From an uncultured delta proteobacterium (GTDB lineage: Bacteria > Desulfobacterota > RBG-13-43-22): a stretch of DNA of 64,000 nt. The DNA lies in contig CAVUPH010000006.1 in NCBI GenBank assembly GCA_963743305.1, forward strand, positions 96,001 to 160,000, given 5' to 3'. Numbering within the stretch: the stretch's first letter is position 1; every line of letters begins with the position of its first letter. A program made the translations under genes and the position numbers. Below, one piece after another: positions 1-8,970 of this stretch. Below the pieces are notes generated by a model that did not search any database, was not told the DNA's origin, and was given only the letters and a program-made list of their open reading frames with translations.

Positions 1-529
1 TGAGGCCCTCGGCCCCACAGGCAATCCATTTTTCATAATCGGGCGCAATATGGGCGATCCCCCCACTTTCGTTGATGAAATAGGTACGGGCTGAGAGCTG
101 ATCGACTATAAAACGCAGGGTCCGGGCTGTGGACGGGTAAACCTTGATCCCCAAAAATTTAAATAACCAGAAGGGAACGATCTTGAGAAGTTGCCTAACC
201 TCTTCCCCGGAGATCTGCAGGGGGCTGGTTTTTCTTTTAGAGAAACGCAGGAGGTCCTGCATCACCACCAGGCCGTGCAGCTCGGGATAAATGGAGCCTC
301 CTACCCTTTTGGAAGAAAAATTTCCGACCAGGAGTTCGTCGGGGTAGATCCGGATGGTCTTCTGGAGCAGCACCTCCCGGAGGGCCTCGGCCATCTGGAT
401 GAGCGGGGGTTTTTTCTGGTTTTCCCGGTTCCGAAAATACCGGGTCCAGATCAGGGCCCGTTCAGTGCAGACGCCGGGGCGCGCTTCCTGGACCGCCTGT
501 TTCAAACGCTCTATTCTGCCTGTAGCCAT
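1..529 (-). CDS. Glycyl-radical enzyme (PFL2/GRE family), N-terminal part; runs off the window start
   Basis: Not in the ORF track. Manual translation from ATG at 529 gives MATGRIERLKQAVQEARPGVCTERALIWTRYF...MAEALREVLLQKTIRIYPDELLVGNFSSKRVGGSIYPEL, a typical GRE N-terminus. It lies downstream of a GRE activase. Confidence 0.85.
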   Translation of the reverse strand, partial: MATGRIERLKQAVQEARPGVCTERALIWTRYFRNRENQKKPPLIQMAEALREVLLQKTIRIYPDELLVGNFSSKRVGGSIYPELHGLVVMQDLLRFSKRKTSPLQISGEEVRQLLKIVPFWLFKFLGIKVYPSTARTLRFIVDQLSARTYFINESGGIAHIAPDYEKWIACGAEGL

Positions 530-579
530 GCGGCCCTTTCCATGAGGCCAAGCGTATTCATCAGAGCCCTTCTCCGGTT

Positions 580-764
580 AGACATCCTGAGTCCTTCGCC
601 TGCTGTCATCCGGAGAGAAGCGAAGGATCTCGTCTTTCGGCTCAGGGTAAACTCCGTGAAGGATCAGCTTAGTGTAATGCTTAAGTGCCTATGCCGGAAT
701 TCCCCCAAGGTTGCCTGGGGGATTCTTCAGTCGTCACGCCCGGGCGTGACGACTGAAGAATGAC
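580..764. repeat. REP-like palindromic cluster (GTCATCC..GAAGGATC / GAATGAC type) containing a perfect 40-bp palindrome at 722-761
   Basis: gtcatccggagagaagcgaaggatctc...ctcagggtaaac, and attcttcagtcgtcacgccc|gggcgtgacgactgaagaat. Confidence 0.75.
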
Positions 765-784
765 AACCCTTTTTTCCAGATTCA

Positions 785-1696
785 TCAGCCATCAGAATAT
801 ACCAAAATCCCTTCCTTTTCAAACAACTGCTTCGCCCGCTCCCGGGCTTCTACGGGATCCTCCGTCAGGTTTAACGGCCGGAGGCCGGTTTCAATGCGGG
901 TCAGCTTGGCCTCGCCCAAAGAATGGTAGCGGAGAAGATGGATCCGGTCTTGGTTGTTTTCCTTTAAATACCGAGCGGTGGCTCGGATATTTTGGCTATG
1001 GTCGTTAATGGAAGGAATCACGGGCATCCTGGCTTCCAGACGAGGAAAGGCCCTCGCCAGTCTTTTGAAGTTTTCCAGTATCGGCCCGTTGGGGCTTCCC
1101 GTAACCCGGCGGTGCGACTCGGAGTCCATCAATTTCAGGTCGAAGTAGATTAAATCCAGGTACGGGAGCAGGGACTCCAGGTGCTCCCAATTTCCCAATC
1201 CGCAGGTTTCCAGATTGACCGACACTCCCGCTTCACGAACCCGGGGCAGGAAAGAGGCCAGGAAGCCGGCCTGCAAAACCGGTTCCCCGCCGGAGAGGGT
1301 GATCCCGCCCCCGGAGTCCTCATAGAAGTCCCGGTCCTTCAGGACCTCGGCCAGCAGCAAAGGAATACTCCATTCCACGCCGACCAGTCGCAAAGCCTCC
1401 GGGTAACAGACGGGGGCGCATTTTCCACAGGCGGTGCAACGGCTGCTTTCGATCCGCCCGGCTTCGTCCTCTAGAATGGCCCCCTCCGGGCAGGCCGCCT
1501 GGCAGGCAAAACAACGGATGCACCGTTCCCGGTAAAAGGCCATTTCCGGCTCGATCCTTTGCGATTCCGGGTTCTGGCACCAGAGGCACCGCAGGGGACA
1601 ACCCTTGAGAAAAAGGGTCGTCCGAATCCCTGGTCCGTCATGGATACAATAACGCTGGACATCAAACAGCAGGGCCTTGTCCGGAGACCGATTCAT
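785..1696 (-). CDS. Glycyl-radical enzyme activating protein (radical SAM with ferredoxin insert)
   Basis: HDGPGIRT, GCPLRCLWCQNPES, extra CIRCFACQAAC and CTACGKCAPVC motifs, GGITLSGGEP. Start placed at MNRSPDK, just after the DsrE stop. Confidence 0.95.
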   Translation of the reverse strand: MNRSPDKALLFDVQRYCIHDGPGIRTTLFLKGCPLRCLWCQNPESQRIEPEMAFYRERCIRCFACQAACPEGAILEDEAGRIESSRCTACGKCAPVCYPEALRLVGVEWSIPLLLAEVLKDRDFYEDSGGGITLSGGEPVLQAGFLASFLPRVREAGVSVNLETCGLGNWEHLESLLPYLDLIYFDLKLMDSESHRRVTGSPNGPILENFKRLARAFPRLEARMPVIPSINDHSQNIRATARYLKENNQDRIHLLRYHSLGEAKLTRIETGLRPLNLTEDPVEARERAKQLFEKEGILVYSDG

Positions 1697-1703
1697 GGAT
1701 CCT

Positions 1704-2153
1704 TTAGGGTTTGATATAGGCGTAACCTTCCTGCTGCAATTTGACCAGTTCAGCCACACCGGCCGGGACTACGGTCATGGGGATCACCAAGTCTTTTCCC
1801 GGGTCAAGATTTACTCCCTGCAGGGTATTGCGGCAGATATCAAATTGTACTCCTCGTTCAATCAGGGCCGTCATCTTTTCGATTTGTTGAGGAATCGCTT
1901 TCTTTTTGGCCACCATCTCCCAGGCGGAGGAGTGAACCACAACCACTAGCTTCAGATTTTCCTTACCCACCGCATTAATATGATTTTGGATGTTGGCCAA
2001 ACCGGCGTTATTAATCGAAACGTTATTGGTATTGAAATGGTAGACAGCTTTTTGGGGGCCATAGGTTTCGGCAGCCTCCGCCGTAGAGTTCAATCCCAGG
2101 AGGACGGATAGACCCAATAAACAAGATAGGGCCAATAGGGAAACGTTTTCCAT
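1704..2153 (-). CDS. Secreted DsrE-family protein
   Basis: Signal peptide; KAVYH..NIQNH..VVVH..GVQFDICRNTL..VPAGVAELVKLQQEGYAYIKP is a DsrE-like signature; GGAG precedes ATG 2153. Confidence 0.85.
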   Translation of the reverse strand: MENVSLLALSCLLGLSVLLGLNSTAEAAETYGPQKAVYHFNTNNVSINNAGLANIQNHINAVGKENLKLVVVVHSSAWEMVAKKKAIPQQIEKMTALIERGVQFDICRNTLQGVNLDPGKDLVIPMTVVPAGVAELVKLQQEGYAYIKP

Positions 2154-2462
2154 AAGCCTCTCCTTTATTGAAACAACTTTTTCTTCCTGTTTATTATAAG
2201 TCCAAACAGAAAACAATTTCAATGGTATATTGGGGTGCGCTGTGTCTGCGGCGGTTCCCAGACACCGGAAAGGATGATGGGGTATTGGTTCCGCCAGCAT
2301 CGATGCCGTTAATCGACCTGGATGAGGGGGAAGTTAAACCAGTCCACTCAGCATCTGGATCGACGATCCATCTAAAGGAAACAGGCTATCTAAAGTGGCA
2401 CTGGCGGGTAATTCCTAAAAAAAATGGGTAGGGAGAGTCGATTGGCCCGCGACATCATCGCA

Positions 2463-2867
2463 CTACTGCCAGACTTTTATCTTCCATTCCCCATTGGCCT
2501 TGACCAGCTCCTCTTTCAAAGTGACTGTAACCGGGCCCTTCCTGTTCATCCTGGCGGAAGGACCAAAGGTTAATTGCACCTCGGCTTGGGCCGTGTCGCT
2601 GGTCGGCAACTTGATGGAGTTGATTTGGTAGGATTGCAGTACGGAAGCCTCTTTACGGTGTTTGACGAATTCTTCCTGACTTACTTTGGCCTTATAGGCA
2701 TCGTAATAACAGGTATAGGTGGTGGCATAATCCTGTTTTACGGCCGAGGAAAAAAATTTATCCAAGAGTTCCCGCGGCCCGCTCGTATCGGGTCCGCAAC
2801 CCGCGATTAAAAAAATAATTCCCAGCCCTAAGCACCAGAACCATCTCTTTTGATTTTTCACTGTCAC
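2463..2867 (-). CDS. Lipoprotein, NTF2/DUF4878-like fold
   Basis: Lipobox LIAGC; C-terminal LVKANGEWKI. Confidence 0.7.
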   Translation of the reverse strand: MTVKNQKRWFWCLGLGIIFLIAGCGPDTSGPRELLDKFFSSAVKQDYATTYTCYYDAYKAKVSQEEFVKHRKEASVLQSYQINSIKLPTSDTAQAEVQLTFGPSARMNRKGPVTVTLKEELVKANGEWKIKVWQ

Positions 2868-2944
2868 GATCCCGTTCTTTTCTCAATAATGGCCGCGGAC
2901 ACCACTCGCCTGATACTAAGTTAAACATCCTTTTGAATAATGCA

Positions 2945-3045
2945 ACCCGGAGCGAGGGCTCGCGGCCCTCCCTCCGGGTAAGTGGGGTTTGAGTCAGGTA
3001 TCATGTCGGCGCTCCGTCACCTGGACCGGGCGCCGACATGATTTT
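2945..3045. terminator. Two hairpins downstream of the cytochrome gene
   Basis: acccggag-cgagggc..gccctc-cctccgggt and atcatgtcggcgc...gcgccgacatgat. Confidence 0.45.
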
Positions 3046-3048
3046 TGG

Positions 3049-5434
3049 TTAATCGCTTCCGGGCTTCCGGATACCGGTCCCGGTGCCGCCGGAGGCCGAA
3101 GCATGCATGGGCCGGACGGAAGAACCGCCGTGGCACACAGTACAGTTCCAGATCCAGTACGAATCTCCCTGGAATTTCTTGGGGATAGTCGGGTCGGCGA
3201 CGTTGCCCGTGATAAATTCCCCATGGGGACTGTTGTGGCAGGCCGCACAGAAGATCTGGTTGTTCATATCACCCGCCACCGAGTTCTTCAGCAAGGAATT
3301 GCGGAAGAGGGTGTTGCTGTTTTCGGCATGCGCGGCGTCATGGCAGTCAGCGCATTTCGGCAAATCGACCCAGGGCTGACGACCGTTTTGGATGGAAGTC
3401 GCCACCGTCGCCAAATCGCCGTGACAGTCGGAACAGGTCTTTCCGGCCTGGGCCATGACTCCCCGCAAACACTGGGTCTTGGGGCCCGGGTGGCAGCTAT
3501 AGCAGCCGTTCGTCGAGGCCTGATCGGCGGCACTGAGCTTGTCTTGGTGGAATTCGTGCATGGCCAGCGACAGGCTGGGGATACCCGGCTTGCCCGGGGC
3601 GCCCAGCGCATTATCCGCATGGCACTCCGCACAGGCGTGCACTTTGCCTTGGGAGCGATCGGCCACAAAGGTGGTCCCCATGGCGGCATCATGCTTCTGT
3701 AAGATGTCGAGCTGCGGGTTGCTCGTGCCGTGGCATCGGCTGCACATCATCTCGGTAGAAACCGGGGCGACGACGTTTGCGGTCTGCAAAATCCGGCCTC
3801 CGTTGTCGTTCACGGTAATAACGGCGGTCCCGTAAGGATCCCAGGTTCCGTCATCGTCGTAGGGGGTGATGGGAATGCCAACCGCCTCCCAACTCTTCCC
3901 GTCCGCCGCCGGCTTCATGGTCCCGGCCAGGGGCGTACCGGTGATGCCCACGTTAATCGGCGCGTTGAATCCATACTGCGGCGCGAAGGCCCAGAAATTG
4001 GTATGGAGAGCGGAATTCTTTTTCTTGGGGAAAACATAATTAACGGTTACACCGCTGGTGATCAGATCGGCACCTTCGCTACCGCGGCGAAACACCTGGG
4101 CCTTCAAGGTGTTAAAGGGGGGCAAGACCATGAAATAAGAGTAGTCGTCCTGGTCGCAGTGCATGCCCAAATCATTCCAGGCAAATATCACGTAGTTCAT
4201 CCTGGCGGCCGGAATGGCCTGGTTTCCGTAACTTTTGGTCAGGGCCCAATCCACCTTCTTGGTGCCGGCCGTAACCGTGGCTACCTGTTTGGTAGTGAGG
4301 TATCCGGATTTGGTGATGGTCAGGGTAAAATTCCCGGCGGATTCGCTTAAGGTGTAGGCGCCGGTACTGCCCGTGCTGGTGCTGCGGCTGCCATCACTGA
4401 TCACCGCCCCGGAAATGGCGGCGCCGGTGACTATGTCTTTCACTACCCCGGAGATGCCGGTCGGACCGCTTCCCCCCCCACCTCCGTTGGTGCCGGTGGA
4501 AATCGTCACGCTGGCGCTACGGCTGGCCGAGACATTGCCGCTGGCATCTTTGGCCCAGGCATAGAGTGTTTTGGCGCCTGTGGAGCCGGCGGAGTAAGCC
4601 GTCGGCGCCCCGGCACGTCCACCCCGTGGCATTGGCCAGCGGCTTGGTGGAGCTTTGATTGACCAGGTAGCCGGTTACTCCCACGTTGTCGGAGGCGCTA
4701 AAAGAGGATATAGGAACGGTCAGCGAGGCCGAGGTCGCCGGGACAGTGAAGGAGAGCACAGTGGGTGCGGTGGTGTCCGCGGTCGTCCCGCCGCCCCCGG
4801 TGCTAATCGTCACACTGGCGCTGCGGCTGGCCGAAACATTGTTGGCGGCATCCTTGGCCCAGGCATAGAGTGTTTTGCCTCCTGTAGTGGCGGCGACGTA
4901 CGCCGTCGGCCTAGTGGCACTCCAACCCGCGGCACCGGCCTGCGGCTTGGTGGCGCTTTCATTGACCAGGTAGCCGGTCACCGCCACATTGTCGGTGGCG
5001 GTAAAAGAGGCTATGGATATCGTTAATGAAGCCGAGGTCGCCGGAACGGTGAAGGCGGTCACGATCGGGAGGGTGATGTCCGCGGTAGTCCCACCGCCGG
5101 CGGGTTTACTCGCCGCATCTCCCGGGAAAGTTCGGGCAGTGATCTCGGCGAGGTTGGTGTACGTATCCCCATCGGAATCCCTGGCCTCCAGGGCCGCAGT
5201 AAACGAATCGCCATTGGCTAAAAAATCGTTGCCGTAAGATGTCCGGGTTCCACCGCCGTTCGGATTTACGTGGCAAATGCCGCAGGTGTTGAGCACCGTT
5301 CCGGAAGTCCCGTATTTGGTATTAAACGAGGTCAGGTAAGCGCTCTTAGCCCATACATCGCCCGAGCCGGCTATCCAGGCAATCATCAGAGAGAAAATTG
5401 CGGGAGCGCTGAATACGAAGGATATCCTTTTCAT
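3049..5434 (-). CDS. Secreted multiheme (8 CxxCH) cytochrome c with two Ig-like repeats and a carboxypeptidase-regulatory-like domain; split by a +1 insertion at about 4617
   Basis: ORFs 4517-5434 and 3049-4632 join if TGG-ACGT-GCC is read as TGG-AGT-GCC, as in the first repeat copy (GWSA). Hemes: CGICH, CSRCH, CAECH, CYSCH, CSDCH, CADCH, CAACH, CTVCH. WNDLGMHC motif present. Confidence 0.85.
4494..5080 (-). repeat. Intragenic tandem duplication of a ~95-aa Ig-like module
   Basis: D.T.P.V..FTVPATSASLT..I.SF.A.DNV.VTGYLVN.S.TKP...KTLYAWAKDA..NVSASRSASVTISTG occurs twice. Confidence 0.9.
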
Positions 5435-5628
5435 AAATCACCTCTAAATGTGCCGCCAAAAATCAGGCGGGTTAGTTTGAAAATCTTTGGTTTACATCAA
5501 GACTGATTCCTTTTCCAATGGATCGACTTTCAGTTGTCGTCCGAGGGTCACCTCCTTTAACCTTTTAATAATTTTGTTTGAAATTCAACCAACAGTGTTA
5601 ACTTAGATGTAACTCATTATTCATAAAA

Positions 5629-5645
5629 TGCAATTATCATACCAA
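5629..5645 (-). promoter_or_regulatory. Sigma54 (-24/-12) promoter for the cytochrome gene
   Basis: Minus strand TTGGTATG-ATAA-TTGCA matches TGGYAYR-N4-TTGCW, with an AT-rich tract upstream. Confidence 0.75.
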
Positions 5646-5892
5646 ACGGATTATTTATATAACTATATTAAATTACTATTAAATAATTTTTTCTTTCATC
5701 ATCCTCTAATCAGCATTATGTTAACATTTAACATCATTGACGTTAATCTGTTAACTGTAAGGGATTTTACCGCAATCTCCGATTTTGGCAAAATACCTTG
5801 GGCTCAAATAGTTTCTGAAAAATTTAGCGAAGGGAGAGGAGGGTTAAAAAGAAGTTAATAGGATGCCGCCCAGACGTTGTGTAGAAGACAGA

Positions 5893-5936
5893 GTTCTAAG
5901 AATTTGTCTCTAACTAAAAATGAATGCAAGAATCTA
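5893..5936. repeat. Partial copy of the 58-bp hairpin element
   Basis: gttctaagaatttgtctctaac...gcaagaatcta. Confidence 0.6.
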
Positions 5937-5962
5937 AATATTTCAAATAGTTTTGAATAGAG

Positions 5963-7591
5963 TTAGTATCCGGCAAAGGGGTTTTCGGTAAAAGAGACCG
6001 CCAGTTCAATAACCCGCATTTCCTTTGAGGCCAAAGCCGACCGTAACGCCTGTTCAAGCCCCTGAGGAGTGGAGACCCGCTCGGCCTCGAACCCGAAGGC
6101 AGCAGTCAGGGCCGGCAGGTCGGGATTGACCAGGTCCGTTTCGAAATCGCCCCGGCCGTAGATTTGGCGCTGCAGGAGATCGATCATCCCATAGGCCCCG
6201 TCATTAACCACGACCAAGGGAAAGCCGATGCCGTGTCGGCGGCAGGTAGCTAGTTCCTGTGCCCCGTAAAGGAAACCGCCATCTCCGATCACGGCGACCA
6301 ACGGCCGATCGGGACAAGCGATCTTTAAACCGATGGCCGCGGGAAAGCTGAAGCCGATGATTGAAGACCCCTTGGCGGTCACCAGGCCGCCGGGCATTAA
6401 GGATTGATAGAAATACTCGGCCCAGTATCCGAGCAGGGTATTGTCAACCACCAGGCTGCCGTCACGGGGAATGGCCCGGCGAAGTATATCCAGATACTCG
6501 ATTTCCCGGCAGTCTTGGGCAATGGTTTCCCTTTCTTCCCTGATCTTACCGCTCAGAATAGAAATCCGCTCGCCCCTGTTACCGTTTCCCGAGGTCTTGG
6601 ATCGGACCCCTTCCGAAAGCCGTCGGGCGACGGCTCGGATATCGCCAGTAATGCACATTTCGGCGGGATAATTCTTTCCGATCCAAGTATCGTCCCAGTC
6701 GACATGAATCAGTCGAGGCAGAGACACTCCCCTTCGGCGAAAATCCGCGGCCCGCAGCCGGGTCCCGATGGCCAAGGCGATCGTGCTGGACCTCAGGTAC
6801 TCCCGGGCCACTCCGCGGCGGGCGGCGTTGCCGAAGGCCAGATCCTGATCCTCAGGGACCAGGCCCTTTCCTTCCGCATTGGTGAATAGCGGCGCCTGGA
6901 TCGTCCGGCAAAGAGTCTGGATCGCCTCCCCGATTCCGGCACGAACGGCGCCCGTTCCGGCAAGGACTACGGGACGTTCGGCCTCACAGAGGAGCTTCAC
7001 CGCCCTATCGAGGTCTCCGGACCACTCTTCCGGACCCCGGTTCGGATCGGTAGCAGGCAGAACCTCCCCCTCCCCGGGGAGTTCCAGGTCCCAAAGGTCG
7101 GTGGGGACTTCACAATAGACCGGACCGGGACGAGCGGAAAGGGCCGTTTGAATCGCCGGGGAAACCATCGTCCGCACGTCGTCCCTGGTCCGAAGACAAA
7201 AGCGCTTCTTGGTTATGTTTTTGAAAATGAAATCCTGTTCTTTCAGTTCGTGGAGCGTCCCCGTGCCCTGTCCGATCTGGTTGGTGGGAATATTGGTCGT
7301 GACGGCCAGGACCGGCGACGAGCTCCCCCAGGCCTCGACCAGGGGGGCCACCAGGTAACCGGCGCCGGGGCCCGTGGAGGTAATGACCACCCCCACCCCT
7401 TTCCCGGCCCGGGCATAACCGTCGGCCATGTGGGTGGCGCAGGATTCATGCCGGCAGAGGATGTGTTGAATGGCGGGTTCCCCGCGCAAGGCATCGTAAA
7501 AGCCGATATTGTGAATACTGGGAATGCCGAAGACCCGCTCAACCCCGGCTTTTTTTAGCGCCTCGACAAAAAGTTCTGAAACTCTGGCCAT
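5963..7591 (-). CDS. Thiamine-pyrophosphate-binding protein (acetolactate synthase-like family)
   Basis: RHE..ADGYARA, GPGA, GDGGFLY...VVNDGAYG TPP motif. Confidence 0.92.
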   Translation of the reverse strand: MARVSELFVEALKKAGVERVFGIPSIHNIGFYDALRGEPAIQHILCRHESCATHMADGYARAGKGVGVVITSTGPGAGYLVAPLVEAWGSSSPVLAVTTNIPTNQIGQGTGTLHELKEQDFIFKNITKKRFCLRTRDDVRTMVSPAIQTALSARPGPVYCEVPTDLWDLELPGEGEVLPATDPNRGPEEWSGDLDRAVKLLCEAERPVVLAGTGAVRAGIGEAIQTLCRTIQAPLFTNAEGKGLVPEDQDLAFGNAARRGVAREYLRSSTIALAIGTRLRAADFRRRGVSLPRLIHVDWDDTWIGKNYPAEMCITGDIRAVARRLSEGVRSKTSGNGNRGERISILSGKIREERETIAQDCREIEYLDILRRAIPRDGSLVVDNTLLGYWAEYFYQSLMPGGLVTAKGSSIIGFSFPAAIGLKIACPDRPLVAVIGDGGFLYGAQELATCRRHGIGFPLVVVNDGAYGMIDLLQRQIYGRGDFETDLVNPDLPALTAAFGFEAERVSTPQGLEQALRSALASKEMRVIELAVSFTENPFAGY

Positions 7592-7618
7592 CTAAGGGTT
7601 ACCCGCCAAAATCGAGAA

Positions 7619-8473
7619 CTAATTATTTGGCCCGATACACCACATGAATGATTGGATATCGATCATATCTCTCGGTTTGAAATCCTTCAACTCGGACCGG
7701 AAGTATTCGGAAAAATCCAAAACGGATTGATAGGTTTTCCAATTTAAATCCGGACGGTAGTTTATCTCGAAGGCGGACATTGCCGCAGCCAGTTGGGTGA
7801 CGATCGGCTTTATAAAAATAAATTTGTCGGGGAAGACAATGAAAAGGAAATAGGACAGGGTGGTCCACTTGGCCGCCTTGATCCCCGCCAGGGTCCGGGC
7901 AAACGAGATAAATCGCTCCGCCAGGTCCTCTTTCCCATACAACAGTTGATAAAGTTTTTCGGAAAACAACTCCATGTTTTTTGAATCTTTCAGGCCATTC
8001 CTTAACGCCAATTTTTCGTTGGGGAAAATCAGGTTGGTGGCGTTGACCACTTTCAGTGCCCGCTTGCATATTTCCTCATAATCCTGTTGACCCAACAAGG
8101 TCTCCAATGGCCCGGGGCCTATTAAATTCAGGGCCAGTTCATGGGCCGCCACCTTATAATTTCTTTCGCCCTTCAAGTAGGCGGGGTCATAAAATCCTTC
8201 GGGATAATCCTTTAAGAACATTTCTTTTGATATTTGCAGGTTTTGGTACTTGCTGCCCCCGTCTTCCTTAAGGCACAAATGATCCAATACCGGGTTCCTG
8301 GCTTCCTCCCCGGAAATTTTTACCGGCTCAACGTGTTTTAACGAGAGGGTCTTTCGGCCATCCCCGGTAAAGAATACGCTAACCTTGTGATCCCGACTGT
8401 CCTCCAATACTTTCCCTAGTCCCCATTCCGGCATGCCGGGGTGTTTTACCCTTTCGCCCTTTTTGTAGTCCAT
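7619..8473 (-). CDS. DUF3553 domain-containing protein
   Basis: N-terminal GERVKHPGMPEWGLGKV (SH3-like DUF3553); helical C-terminus ending KPRDMIDIQSFMW. Confidence 0.8.
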   Translation of the reverse strand: MDYKKGERVKHPGMPEWGLGKVLEDSRDHKVSVFFTGDGRKTLSLKHVEPVKISGEEARNPVLDHLCLKEDGGSKYQNLQISKEMFLKDYPEGFYDPAYLKGERNYKVAAHELALNLIGPGPLETLLGQQDYEEICKRALKVVNATNLIFPNEKLALRNGLKDSKNMELFSEKLYQLLYGKEDLAERFISFARTLAGIKAAKWTTLSYFLFIVFPDKFIFIKPIVTQLAAAMSAFEINYRPDLNWKTYQSVLDFSEYFRSELKDFKPRDMIDIQSFMWCIGPNN

Positions 8474-8808
8474 TTTTTTACCTCATCCTTCTTAAATGAT
8501 TGACGGGTCTGCTTTCTTATATGAAATTTCGGATTTGCGGATTCAAAGCAATCACCTTCCAAAAGAAAACCCTCCAGTCCGAATACGAACGGGAGGGTTG
8601 AATAGAAATTATCGCATCCTGCTTGGAACGCCAATTCTGACGTATTTATACTATACAATATAGGCCTTTAATTCGCGAAGTCAAAAGATATTTACTCCAG
8701 GGAGTCTCCCTCCCGGCCACCCAGAGGGAATAATGGAGTAAACTAATTGAATTTATTGTAATTATTATTTTCCTCTCCCAAGACGCCCGAAGGGTCTGGA
8801 ACAACGAA

Positions 8809-8902
8809 TTCACGGACGGTTTCCGCGGCGTATCGCAAAGCCTCCTTGATCTCCTCAGGCTCTAAGTGCGGCCTTTTCCTGGGATATTATCCCCATTTCA
8901 TA
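8809..8902 (-). pseudogene. Chimeric remnant: UPF0175 antitoxin fragment fused to a DUF433 antitoxin C-terminus
   Basis: YEMGIISQEKAA (8867-8902) overlaps by 5 nt with PHLEPEEIKEALRYAAETVRE (8809-8871) in another frame. Confidence 0.6.
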
Positions 8903-8970
8903 ATTTCTCTGCCCATGCTTGTGGTAGGAGGCTGCATCACGAATGGATTGGATGATGGATGTGAGGATGG

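Noticed and set aside
2168-2431. Small ORF or riboswitch upstream of dsrE
   Set aside because: No recognisable protein or RNA motif could be supported
4494-5080. DGR template/variable repeat pair
   Set aside because: Both copies are coding domains of one protein, differences are not adenine-specific, and no reverse transcriptase is present
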